Shown: positions 37,100 to 48,296 of the stretch, piece by piece
Layout of the letters: each line of letters starts with the position of its first letter
Numbering within the stretch: the first letter of the stretch is position 1
Assembly (NCBI GenBank): GCA_965287045.1
Contig: OZ336884.1
Coordinates: 75,578,001 to 75,642,000, forward strand
Direction: 5' to 3'
Source of the DNA: Carcharhinus amblyrhynchos
Lineage: Eukaryota
DNA length: 64,000 bases
Notes under the pieces: model-generated
Seen by the model: the letters and a program-made list of their open reading frames with translations, nothing else
What the model was told of the DNA's origin: nothing
Databases searched by the model: none
Made by a program: the position numbers and the translations under genes

Positions 37100-40000
37100 A
37101 TATCCTCAATAGTACAAAAACATTTTACAACCACTTTTGTTTAAACACAATTATTACTTACAGTACACACTGTATGCATTTGTGCTTTTGTTAATAGAAC
37201 GTTTAGCATTGCATACCCCAGAAAAATTTCACATCACCATTTCACATACGTATTGCAGGATCACTTTGATAAACGGCCTACAATCGCATCATTTAGTCAT
37301 CTTGACAAGTCTCAATTTGATTCAGACTAGAGCACAAGGAAAATGAAGTAACGGCTTCTCAATATAAATATATTGCGTAGGAAAAGTTATATCCACTATT
37401 ACATAACAGGCTAAAGTTTGAAACAGACATGAAATGAGAGTACAAACGTTTTACAAAAGCTTGAACATCCTTGCTGGCTATACGTTTTCAATGTTAAAAC
37501 AAAAGTTTGTTTCTAAACTGTACAATTACTAAAATATGTATCTCAAACGTTTGCCCTGCAAGCAATTGCCATTATTTCTTGCGATTCTTATTTTAGTAGT
37601 GCTCAAAAAATACGAAAAAACGAAACGCAACATAAGAATATAACTGGTTACGTTCAAATATTGATTGCACTAGTGTATCAGTTTTTCTTTGTTTTAAAGT
37701 TACTTTTTTGAAAGGCTCTTTTATTTTTGCCATCAATAGATGAAAACAAGTTCTGCAATCTTTAGAAAAGCCCGTGCGCTAATAAACGTCAAACATGCAG
37801 AAACAGGGGCTAGGGAGTCAGCAAACTGAACAGTGTTTTACAACTTCATAGTCTCATCATTTCGAGAGGTTTAACAAAAAACATTTCAATTCGTGGTCTC
37901 GACCTACTAGATAAAAGAATACATTTAGAATGTGTGGTCTCACCAACTATCCTGTAACAAGTGCAATTCCAATTTGGGATTGCTCAAGCGTTAAAACGCA
38001 GTGTATTTTACTAGGTCTAAACCATCCCAAATAGATGAATTATATTGACATTCGCTCACCAAATATATGAATACTGTAAATATATTCAACAAATAATTGT
38101 CCGGAAAACATTTTACCCATGCACAATGTTGGAATGACACCTATTTCATTCACTCGGGGCAACATTTTAAAAACCCGAGTGTAACTGACATATAATTTAT
38201 GGTGCACACCCACGTCTTTTAGCAGAACATCGTACCCATTGTTAGATGTAAAAATCAGGGTTTTCCTTCGAGTCCCAGACATTACTCAACTGTGGGAAAT
38301 AATACAAAATAGTGCATCGCATTTCCGTGCGATTAGCATACAACATTAAAGCTAAATTTGCGCAGTTTTAGATAAGACTGAGGCATCAGTTTTCAGTATC
38401 TGTCTTCTATATTTTCACGACTTGCATTTTCCCCTTAAACCTACCCTAATCCATCTCAGACATCAGCCAATAACGGTTTTTTTTTTGAGATTCAAAGATT
38501 TCATACGTACACATACTCATTTGCGCCCACGCCAGCGAGGGAGAAAAGTTTAATCAAATACCGTTATTCCCGCAATCTAAAAAGTCAATAGTATGAAATT
38601 ATTTCCGAAGACATAAAAACTCCAATTCTGGCCATTAAAAATATCTACCAATATAATTACGATAAATTAAAATGGGGGGAGGGGAAGGGAGAAAAGGACA
38701 AATATCTACAATTTGTTCATGGAGACGATTGTGTAACGTGGGGACGGGGGTGAATATTTTAGATGAGGCCATGGTACTGACATTTACAGTAATACCGAAA
38801 ATAAATGAGTTGATTTGGACAGGTATCTCGGATCGTGAACTGCCCCCACACTCAGAAACTCGCACTGCGGAGACCGATGAAAGCCACAGGATAGCGCAAA
38901 ACGTAGTTTCATTTCTTTTTTGAAACAAGTGGCTCTGGAGAATTCGATCCATACAGAAGGGAGGGAGGTGAGGGAAAGAAAAAAAAGCCGAAAGTTGTGG
39001 GCTAGAGTGAATGGAGCCTTGCAGCAACGCCAATGATCATCGTACTGTACTTACTGTAACCGGGTGGGTGGGAAAGTCAGCTCCAGACCCGCCGTCTCAA
39101 ACACCATTCAAATAAATTAGCATAACACATCACCCCAATCACTACTTATTTACAAAAAAAAATAGGGTCGACAGTCTCGAACTTGAGTTAATTTTTAAAA
39201 ACAAGTCTTAACAGAAGGAGTAGAGCGTTTCCAAGTGAAACGATAGTTTGGTTAGGGAGGGAAGCTAGACCACATTACATCAAGTGCCAGTCAGGACAAG
39301 TTCGCGATCTCTTCGCACTTGTCACTCAATTAAAAAAACCCTTTCCCCACCATTAGCGATTTTTGTGTGTGTGCGCGCATCTATCTCCCTCCTTGCCCCA
39401 TCATCGCTTTGTCAATTTTTAAATCTTGCTTTAATTACAACTCCCCGATCTTTCCTTACGACAAGACACCCATGCAACATTCAAAAAGGTTCACTTGTTT
39501 GAACCACCGCCTCCTCCCCTCCCACAAGGACTAAATTAAAAACACAATTTAACGGGGGGGGGGGGGGAGGTTGCAATCTCATCCCGCTCAAAATTATTCA
39601 AAAACTTTTATTAAAAATAAGTGACAGGAAAAGAAAAATAAAATGGGACAAACCTGCTTGCTCCGTACTGAGCGACGGATCTGCGGCTGTCTTTCATCCT
39701 TCTGCTCCTCTTGGATTTTTTTTTGGAGGGGGGGGGTAAGTTGTTGGTTGAGAGAGAGGGAGGTCACCCTGTATCCGAGCTGCATTACTTGTGTGTGAAC
39801 CAACTTCTGTCGTTGGGTTGACTTCAACCCTAACGTCTCCTTCCCTTTCCTCTGTCTGTCCCGCCTCACATTCTCTCTCTTCAACCCTGACCACTGCTGT
39901 CTTCTCTCTCTCTCTCTCTCTCTCCCTCCCTCTCCATCCTGTCTGTTGTGCTGCTGCCGCCGCTGCTGTGTTTTTTTTGCTCCAGTCGAAAATGGCGCCG

Positions 40001-40650
40001 AAAGCCGAGACTCGACTCAAATTCGTTAGTGGTGGGCCGCACGGCATGCTGGGTAACAGCAGCTCCTCGCGCTGACAGTTTGAAATTGGGCTCCAACGGC
40101 AGCGGCGCGAGCCGCCGCCACCCGGCCAACGGCTGCTCACATCAAACATCCAGCCCAGCCCCCCCCTCCCCTCTCACTGCACTCACACCATCACACGGAA
40201 TAATGATTCGGCAGCAAATGTGTCCATTTTTCATGCTGAATTAACTTAACTGGCCCACGACTTTGCAGGTCGGTTGGTTTTTATTTTGGGGGCGGGGGGG
40301 GCGAGGTTGATTTTAATGTTAACGCTTCGTTTATACAGAATATTTACAAGGACGCGGCTCTAACAGTTCACTACTCTTAGACTGGCATTTAGGGATTAGG
40401 CGATTTAAAACAGAATATCGATTGACTGTTTACTCTCACATGACCGCCCTTCAGTTGAAGAGGGTCTTGTCAAACTTTTCAGTGTGCAGTGTCTCATTCT
40501 GGAAGGATCTCGAAGCTTGCATACGGCTTCAGTGGTGGCTTCGTGAGCATAATTTGTGGGTACCGCTCAACAACCTTACCTAAAAATCCGAGTTTGTTTT
40601 GGTAGGGGAACGTTTGTACATTTTCCCCGTGTCTGCATAGATTTCCTCCG
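37100..40650. promoter_or_regulatory. CpG-retaining island / promoter of the minus-strand gene
   Basis: CpG frequency visibly much higher than the flanks; GC-rich core at 39950-40320; YY1 consensus AAAATGGCG at 39989-39997. Confidence 0.75.
39654..40200 (-). other. Putative first (non-coding) exon of the minus-strand gene
   Basis: Lies in the CpG core; GGCGCCATTTT motif, GCA/GCG and (GA)n tracts; donor CAG|gtttgt at 39654; TSS position is an estimate. Confidence 0.6.
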
Positions 40651-40825
40651 GGTGCTCCGGTTTCCTCCTACAGTCCAAAGGTGTGCGGGTTAGGTTGATT
40701 GGCCATGTTAAATTGCCCCTTAGTGTCAGGGGATTAGCAGGGTAAATTTGTGGGGTTAGGGTGGGATTGTTGTTGCTGCAGGCTCGATGGACTGAATGGC
40801 CTCCTCACTGTGGGATTCTATGATC
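40609..40825 (+). mobile_element. HE1 V-SINE, 5'-truncated
   Basis: TTCCCCGTGTCTGC..TTTCCTCCGGGTGCTCCGGTTTCCTCC..GGTTAGGTTGATTGGCCATG..GGGATTCTATGAT. Confidence 0.85.
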
Positions 40826-41150
40826 ATAGTTACGTAAAATTATCGGGGCTTCCTAAAATGATTAAAGAGGCTTGCAAGATCTATCAACTAGGATCATCAT
40901 CTCTGATACCCTTAACCTTAAAACCAGCCATTGAACTTATGAATATCCAGCTCTCAGTATCAATGTGACGCAGTCCCAAGTGATCAAACGTAAAATCTGT
41001 GAGAACCCATTACACTTTCAGATATATGTGGTCACCTTCTGAAAACAAAAATAAGACTGCAAATCTTAAAATGTTGATAATTTCAAAATGGCTGCCAAGA
41101 TGTGGGTTATTTTATTGCCAGTCTGCCACAAACCAGAAGAAGTTACCTCA

Positions 41151-41447
41151 ATTTATTTATTTGTGTCACAAGTAGACTTACATTAATACTGTAATGAAGT
41201 TACAGTGAAAATTCCCCCAGTCACCACACTCAGGCACCTGTTAAGTTGCACTGAGGGAGAATTTAGCATAACCAATGTACCTAACTAGCACATCTTTGGA
41301 CTGTGGGAGGAAACCGGAGCACCCAAAGGAAACCCACACAGACACGGGAAAACATGCAGACTTCACACAGTGACCTGAACTAGGAATCGAACCTGGATCC
41401 CTGGTGCTGAGAAGTAGCAGTACTAACCACTGTGCCACCATGCCGCC
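41151..41447 (-). mobile_element. V-SINE with HE1 head but a different 3' tail
   Basis: Head GGCGGCATGGTGGCACAGTGGTTAG and V-domain, tail ..CTTGTGACACAAATAAATAAA; same tail fragment at ~55225-55305. Confidence 0.8.
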
Positions 41448-42809
41448 TGTCAATAGTATCAACAGGCCAGATTGTTGAAATCTTTTGAGCAGAGGCCAGA
41501 ACTTCTCATTATTGTTCGCGCTAATTTTTGTAAACTCTTTCCTTGCACACTCCAGGCTAGATAAGTGTTTCCATCGATTTATGTCTATCTCAGATTGCGG
41601 GTACTATTGAATCTTGGTGTTCCAATTAGGATTTATCCAACAAGCAGACAACAGGTCTAAAGATTATCCTCTTTGCAACCTCTACATTTATCAAATTCAA
41701 AAAAAGAAACTGGAGTTTAAGAAACAAACAAATAAGATTAGATTGCCTGAGATTAGAGCCTATGCCAATACAGTACTCAAGTTTTGTGTGGTCCATATGC
41801 TGCAGTTTGGACAACTATCCCTTAAGCAGGCTGCTACAGCTCTATCTAGAGAGTTTGTGATTAACCATCAACTAAATGAAGAATTTAGTGTTGATTTAAA
41901 CCACTTCCACCCCACCTTCCCAGCAATTTGAATGGCATCTTAATCTCAGTTATGGAGCTCAAATGTTGATGCAATGATTACAAATCTATTTTTTTTCCTC
42001 ATTTGATACTTTGCTTTTTTTTTATAAATTGTCCACACCCAAAATATTTAGTCATCATCTGAGAGAGATCTTTTGTTAGAGGGCACAAAACTAAGTGTTC
42101 ACTATTGATACCTCTCCCAATTTAGATTGAAAGTTAAGATATTATTTCAGTGGGAACAGGAAATAAAGTGCTTCAAGTTGGCCCGTTCCTGCCCAGTTAT
42201 TGGTGATCATGTTATGATCTGTGTATTGGCACATGGCCTAAGAGCAAGCCCTTTTCTCTTCCAATCAGGTAATTGCTTGTTGCAAAAGGAATCTAAGAAG
42301 GTTTTATATTATTTTCAAACTTTGAGAAGCCAAGCAAACTTTCATGTAGAAGTTTAGAAAACTGATAATATTCCAGATCTTGATAAAGCAAGGAAAACTG
42401 GCTAGAAAAGCAGCAAGACAGACAACGATCCTAGGAGCTCAAATGGCTGCATTTTGCCACTCTACTACATTTGTTGTCATCTCAAGACACACATAATTGG
42501 ATCAATTGTCTCAATTGGGTCTGAGGATGAATACTGGATTAAATTTATGTGCAAACAGTTTTACTTTGGAGGTGGGTGTTATTGGAAGGGCCTCCTTTTC
42601 AAAGTTTGATTTGTATCTGGTTGGTGATTGTGGTTTAACAATCATGACAAAAATGCCCTCACAACTGATTGCTGTTTGCACTTATCAAATCATTTTTAAA
42701 AAATCTTGAAACAAATGAGCCTGGTCAGTGAAGTATAATCAGTATAGTAAGATAAGAGTTTTATCTTTTCTAACTGACAAAATGCATTAAAATTACAATA
42801 TGGTAAGTG

Positions 42810-45290
42810 GGAGTTTTAATAGGTGTTCAAAATTATGAGGGGTCTAGACTGAATAAATAGAGAGAGAACGTTCCCATGGAAAGTAGGGTCAAAAACTAGA
42901 GGACACTGATTTAAAGTGATCAGCAAAAGGACAAATGGCAATTTGAGGTAAAATATATATATTTTAAACACATAGCAAATGCTTAGATCTGGAATGCACT
43001 GCTTGTGTGGTGGAGGCAGTTTCAATTGTGGGTTTCAAAATGGAATTGGATAAACACCCAAGACCCAAAAAGGGAAAAGATTGGTATTGCTATAGGAATC
43101 GGATGTGGGAGTGGGACTAAGTTGCTGTTGCATTGAATTACATGGACATGATGACCCAGTGGCCACCTTCTGTGCTGTAACCAATTCTATGAATTCCTTA
43201 GAGAATAGTGTTAAATAGTGGAAGCATTCACATGCTAATTAACAGCATGTCAGATTGCCATATGAAGCACCTTGATTGACTATAATCATTTTTATACCAA
43301 CAGTCAATGGTTAATCCTATACCACAGACGGTTTTATAGGTTGTGCAATCTTTACAATTCTGACAGGGGCATCTAAGTTGATACCCATTAGAAATAATTA
43401 TCCTGGTGGATGTTAAACACAGAATGCCACTTGTCAGGACAGTCTGCAGCAGGTTCAAATGCTGAACCAATGTAAATGTTATCATCAAATCAGAAGCCTG
43501 CTGTTAAGTGGTAAATTCCATATAAAAATATGATTAATTGATTATTAAAATTGACTTATTCGACTCTTCATCTCAGTGAAAATATCAAGAGATTCTACTT
43601 TTCAGGAAAAGATGGGAGAGGAACTAAAGGAGGAGAGTATTCACTAGTGACACAATGGTGCTGGGAATTGGAGATCAAGGACAATCTATTTGGGTCGAGA
43701 TAAGCAACAACAGAGGTACCATTATACAACTGCCTGTATTCCATAGGTCACCAATTATTTTGAGTTAAACAATTAAACAAAATTGAATAAACTGAGGGAC
43801 AAACTAAAAAGGGGTAGCCCCTTAAGGGGGATATTTATAATATTATTTTTTCACATAACAAATCACAAATATGTTGATAATAGAGTAAAGGGCACAAAGG
43901 AGGAAGAATTTATGGAGTGCATTCAGGAATATTTTATTATATTTCCCTGAAACAAATCATAAATGAAACTTAAAACATTGAGAGTGGTGCCCAACAGGCA
44001 TGGAAAGTCTTGATGGTTCCTGTGGACACCACATGCCCCCTCTCCAGAGCCATGCAGCCCATCTGCAGTGGAGGGGCAGGCAGTCAGGTTGAACAACCTC
44101 CTTGATTGCCTGCTGCCTGGACTTATTGATGGCAAGTTTGGCCAGGTCTAGGAGTAGGTTCACGAGCAGGTCCTCCACCTTCTCTGCTCCTCTCCACACC
44201 TGGTGCCCTTAGATCAGGAAGGAGTGTGAAGCTGAAGTGCAAACAAAACTTAATAAGCCACCAAGTTGGAAAGAAATAGAGGTGCAAATTTGCAGGGGAA
44301 GTTACAGCAGCAGAACCTCTAGATATAGACTGTGTTGGTAATAAAGTAAAGGGCACAAAGGAGGAAGAATTTATGGAGTGCACTCAGGAATATTTTATTA
44401 AATTTTCAGACCAATGAGAAAGGAGGCATTGCTGAAGTTGGTTTTGGGAAATGAGGTCAGTCAAGGCATTGGGGAAATATTTAGGGAACAGTGATCACAG
44501 TATCACAAGGTGTAGATTAGCCATTGCAAAAGGACAATGGGCAAAATACTTATTGCAAGAAGGCCAATTTCAGCAGGATGAGGTCCAGATAAACTGGAAT
44601 CCAAGATTGTTTTCTTACAGTTCTGCCAGCCAATGGGCTGCCTTTAAAATGAACTTGGTTCAGATAGGATCAAGACACATTCTCACAAGAGGAAAAGTAT
44701 GGCAGCTGAAACCAGAGTTCCCTGGATAACAAAAGAGAGATAGTGAGATGGTGGAGAGTAAGGGAGTCAGTTTGACAATACAAGTGCGAACTAGGCACTT
44801 GAAATTTGAGGGGGCAAATGAAGCTAAGAGTGGCAGGAGGCAAAGAGAGAATAAGAAAAGATACTGGCAGCTGACATGAAAAGGGAATTGAAAAGTCTTT
44901 TATAGGCACATAAATAGTGAAAGGATAGTAAGAAGAGAGGTGGGACATCATGAAAGGTCTAGACAGACTAGATACAGAGAAACTGTTCTGATTAGCTAAT
45001 TTTTTTATCCTTCTGCCAATGTTGATTTAAGACAGTTAGCAAAAGAATGAATAACAAAGAGAAACCTTCCTTTATTATGCAGTGAGTGGTTAGAATCTGG
45101 AATTCATTTTAAGTGTGGTGGAAGCAGATTCAATTGTTGCTTTGAAAGGGGAATAAGCACCTGAAGAGAAAGCGGAGGGTTACATGGAAAGGACAGGGGA
45201 GTGGGAGTAGCAGAGTTGCTCAATCAGATAGCAGGCATGGATATGATCAGCTGAGTAGCCACTTTGTGCCAGAACCATTCTATGATTCTA
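42810..45290 (+). mobile_element. Old CR1 fragments (3' end at 42810-43195; endonuclease to 3' end at ~43600-45290)
   Basis: TRGH*FKV, WNAL, SIWVEI..FHRSP, YLGNSDHSI, SLL*AHK (FYRHIN-like), tails ATTCTATGA. Confidence 0.65.
43756..44312 (-). mobile_element. Tx1/L1-clade LINE 3' fragment
   Basis: DLLVNLLLDLAKLAINKSRQQAI..DCLPL and FCLHFSFTLL are typical of Tx1-type ORF2 C-termini. Confidence 0.65.
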
Positions 45291-45309
45291 GGTTATTAAA
45301 ACTAGTCAA

Positions 45310-46000
45310 TAGCAACCTGTACTTAGTGCCATTAACATTAGTAAAACATCTGAAATTGCTGTGAAGCATCACTGATAAAAATTTGACAGAGCCACATAAA
45401 GAAATATTAGGGCCAGTGATCAAAACCTTGGTTAAAGGTAGGTTTAAGGAGCATCTTATAAAGTCAGTTTGCGGGATTCCACGGCCTTGCCAGCTGAAAA
45501 CATTTCTGACGATTAGGGATCACATATATCCTAGAGTTTTGTAGGGTTCAAGGTTATTACACAGAGATAATAGAATCCTCACAATGCAGAAGGAGGCCAT
45601 TCACAACAGATTAAACCTGCACCAACTCTCCAACAGAGCATCTTACCCAGGCCTACCTCGCTCATTTACCCTACCAAATTTCCTTAACTTACATATCTTG
45701 GGACACCAACGAGCAATTTAGCACGGCCAATCCATCTAACCTGCACTGTGGGAGAAAACCCAAGCACCTGGAAGAATATGCAAACTCCACACAGTCACCC
45801 AAGGCCAGAATTGAATCTGGGTCCCTGGTGCTATGAGACAGCAGTGTTCACTGTGCCACCATGGCAATCTGACATGGAGAGTGAGAAAAGGGGATGGAGT
45901 CAAATATTAGAATTTTAATAGAGGCATTACTTAAGTGGGAGCCGATGTACATCAATGGGTATGGAGGAGGAGCGGGTGACAATGAGTTAACAGGACTTGA
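45310..46000 (-). mobile_element. L2 3' fragment with nested HE1 SINE (45570-45863, minus)
   Basis: Same L2 3' UTR as 54978-55200; HE1 head and tail inside it. Confidence 0.65.
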
Positions 46001-46940
46001 TTTTGATTTGATTTATTATTGTCACATGTATTAGCATACAGTGAAAAGTATTGTTTCTGGCATGCTATACAAACAAAACATACCATTCATAAAGGAAACA
46101 AGAGTGCAGAATGTAGTTACAGTCATAGCTAGGGAATAGAGAAAGATCAACTTAAGCTCTCTAACAATGCTTTAATGCATTAAGAGTTAGAATGAAGTTC
46201 TAGAAGCATAGAACGAGTGTAAAAGATAGAATTAGAAGGTATGCTGGGCACAGCTTGCAAGAAGTTGCCTTGCTCTGGTGCCATCTTGGATGATGATGTC
46301 TCCTTAAAACAGATAAGGACCTCAGATTGTAGTAAAGAGAGGTTGAAGATGTCTGCGAATATCTCTGCCAGCTGATCTGCGCAGGATTTGAGTGCTCATC
46401 CGGGCACCCTGTCTGGGTAGTCGCTTTCCATGGGCTCACCTTCACAAAAGCTGCTCTGACATCTGCAATGGTGACCCCAGATACTGGTTCATCAAGGGTG
46501 GAAGGCATATTCTCGCTGACCTCTTGCTCAAAATGGGCATAGAATGCATTGAGCTTGTCAGGGAGGGGTGCATTGGAGCCAGTGATTTTACATGTCTTCA
46601 TCTTGTAGGCTGTTATGTCTTGCAGACCTTGCCATAGTTGCTGGAGGTCTTTGTGGCTAGCTTGGTCTGGTATGATCTTTTGGCATCTTTGATGGATCAT
46701 CTTAGATCGTATCTGATTTTCTTGTATAGGTCAGGGTCGCCTGACTTATACACCTCAGACCTAGACTTCAGCAAGCAGTGGATATTTCTGTTCCTCCATG
46801 GTTTCTGGTTGGAGAACGTGAGGATTTGCTTCTTTGGCACACAGTCTTTTACACACTTAATGAAGTCAGTTACTGTGGTGGTGTATTATTCAGGCTGGTC
46901 GCAGAGTTCTTAAATACTGACCAGTCCACTGACTCCAGCA
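46000..46940 (-). mobile_element. Rex1/Babar-like LINE fragments
   Basis: NQKPW, LWQGLQDITAYK, LPDKLNAFYAHFEQ, VRAAFVKVSPWKAT; (TCAAA)n tail at ~46000-46015. Confidence 0.75.
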
Positions 46941-47917
46941 TCCCCACAGGAGATTGATGGGAATTAGAATGTGTGCAACAGAATTTCGAATGACAAGATT
47001 ACAGAGATAGTATTCTTTGCCAGGCTGCCAAACTCTATCTAGAAGTAGCAAAAAAGGTATGTATGAGAGTTTTGTAGCAGATGAGTTGGAAATGGGAGGA
47101 TGCAACTTGTTCATTTAGCAGTTTAGAGGTGGTACAAAAAAAAACTCCTTTTGGAATGCTTCGAAATTTCAGGTTTTACAATGAAAGAAATCAGATGAGC
47201 AGAGAATGTGTGTTAAACGAAACAAGTCAGCAAGAATAAAATACCATCTATCCAGCTTGTATTAACTTCTAAAAGTATTAAACTTAATTTCTTGTGCTAG
47301 CCACATAGTACTATTGTGCACTGGGCTAAGTGAATGTTCAGCAATTAATGGGGGATGAGTGGAAGTGTGAACACACTCACTATGGAAAATAATTGAAGTT
47401 CCAAAGTATGTTGTAAAAATGTTTCAAACAGTATTAAATAAAGTCTTCAACTTTCAGTCTTTTACAATAGTTTTTAATATTTTATGCATTGAGTTAAGGG
47501 ATTGAGTTTTAAGGATTCACAAGAAAAACATTATTTGCCTTGAAAGGAAGCAAATGAAAAGAGCTCATATGGAACCATATAAAAACTAAAAAAAAGGCAA
47601 ATCAGGCACACTGTTAAAGGTAAACCATAACTTCAAGTTAAGGAAAGAAAAGCAAATTAATGACAAAATAAAGATATATTTTCTCATGACAAGCATAATT
47701 AATACCCGGATGTTCACAGTGGGATAGTGGAGGCAAAAATGTAATTGTCCTAGAATCTGATGAGACCATAGTAGATTTCTGTAGACCTGGATGGGCTATT
47801 AGACCTCCCTTATCTCTATATGTTTTTGTGATGTTGTACTTTATTTTCAAAGAAGGGACAGACAGAAGGAGTGAATTTAAATGTTAAGTGAGAATGGAAC
47901 AGCTTTGACTCACTGCA

Positions 47918-48131
47918 CAATTAGAAGTCTCACAACATCAGGTTAAAAGTCCAACAGGTTTATTTGATAGCACGAGTTTTCAGAGCACTGCCCTTCATCA
48001 GGTGAAGGGGCACCTGATAAGGGGCAGTGCTCTGAAAGCTTGTGCTACCAAATAAACATGTTGGACTTTAACTTGGTGTTGAGAGACTTCTAACTGCGCG
48101 TACCCCAGTTCAATGCTGGCATCTCCACACC
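47918..48131. mobile_element. Palindromic Penelope-derived element with two hammerhead cores and a 13-bp TSD
   Basis: ~88-bp inverted arms around AAGGGG (48005-48010); flanking direct repeat TTGACTCACTGCA at 47905-47917 and 48132-48144. Confidence 0.9.
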
Positions 48132-48296
48132 TTGACTCACTGCAACCTATGCAAGTTGATATATATTTAAACTACCACATATTAAAGTTAAAGACTTTGT
48201 TGTGATTGAATATGTTCATTATAATGAAACATTTTTGAAAGCCAAACCTATACCATGGATTAATCTCATCAAGGTTTGGACAACTTTAACTCCTTA

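Noticed and set aside
39694-40244. Overlapping 82-151 aa ORFs in the CpG core
   Set aside because: Low-complexity products of GC-rich and (GA)n sequence, no recognisable domain, mostly non-ATG starts
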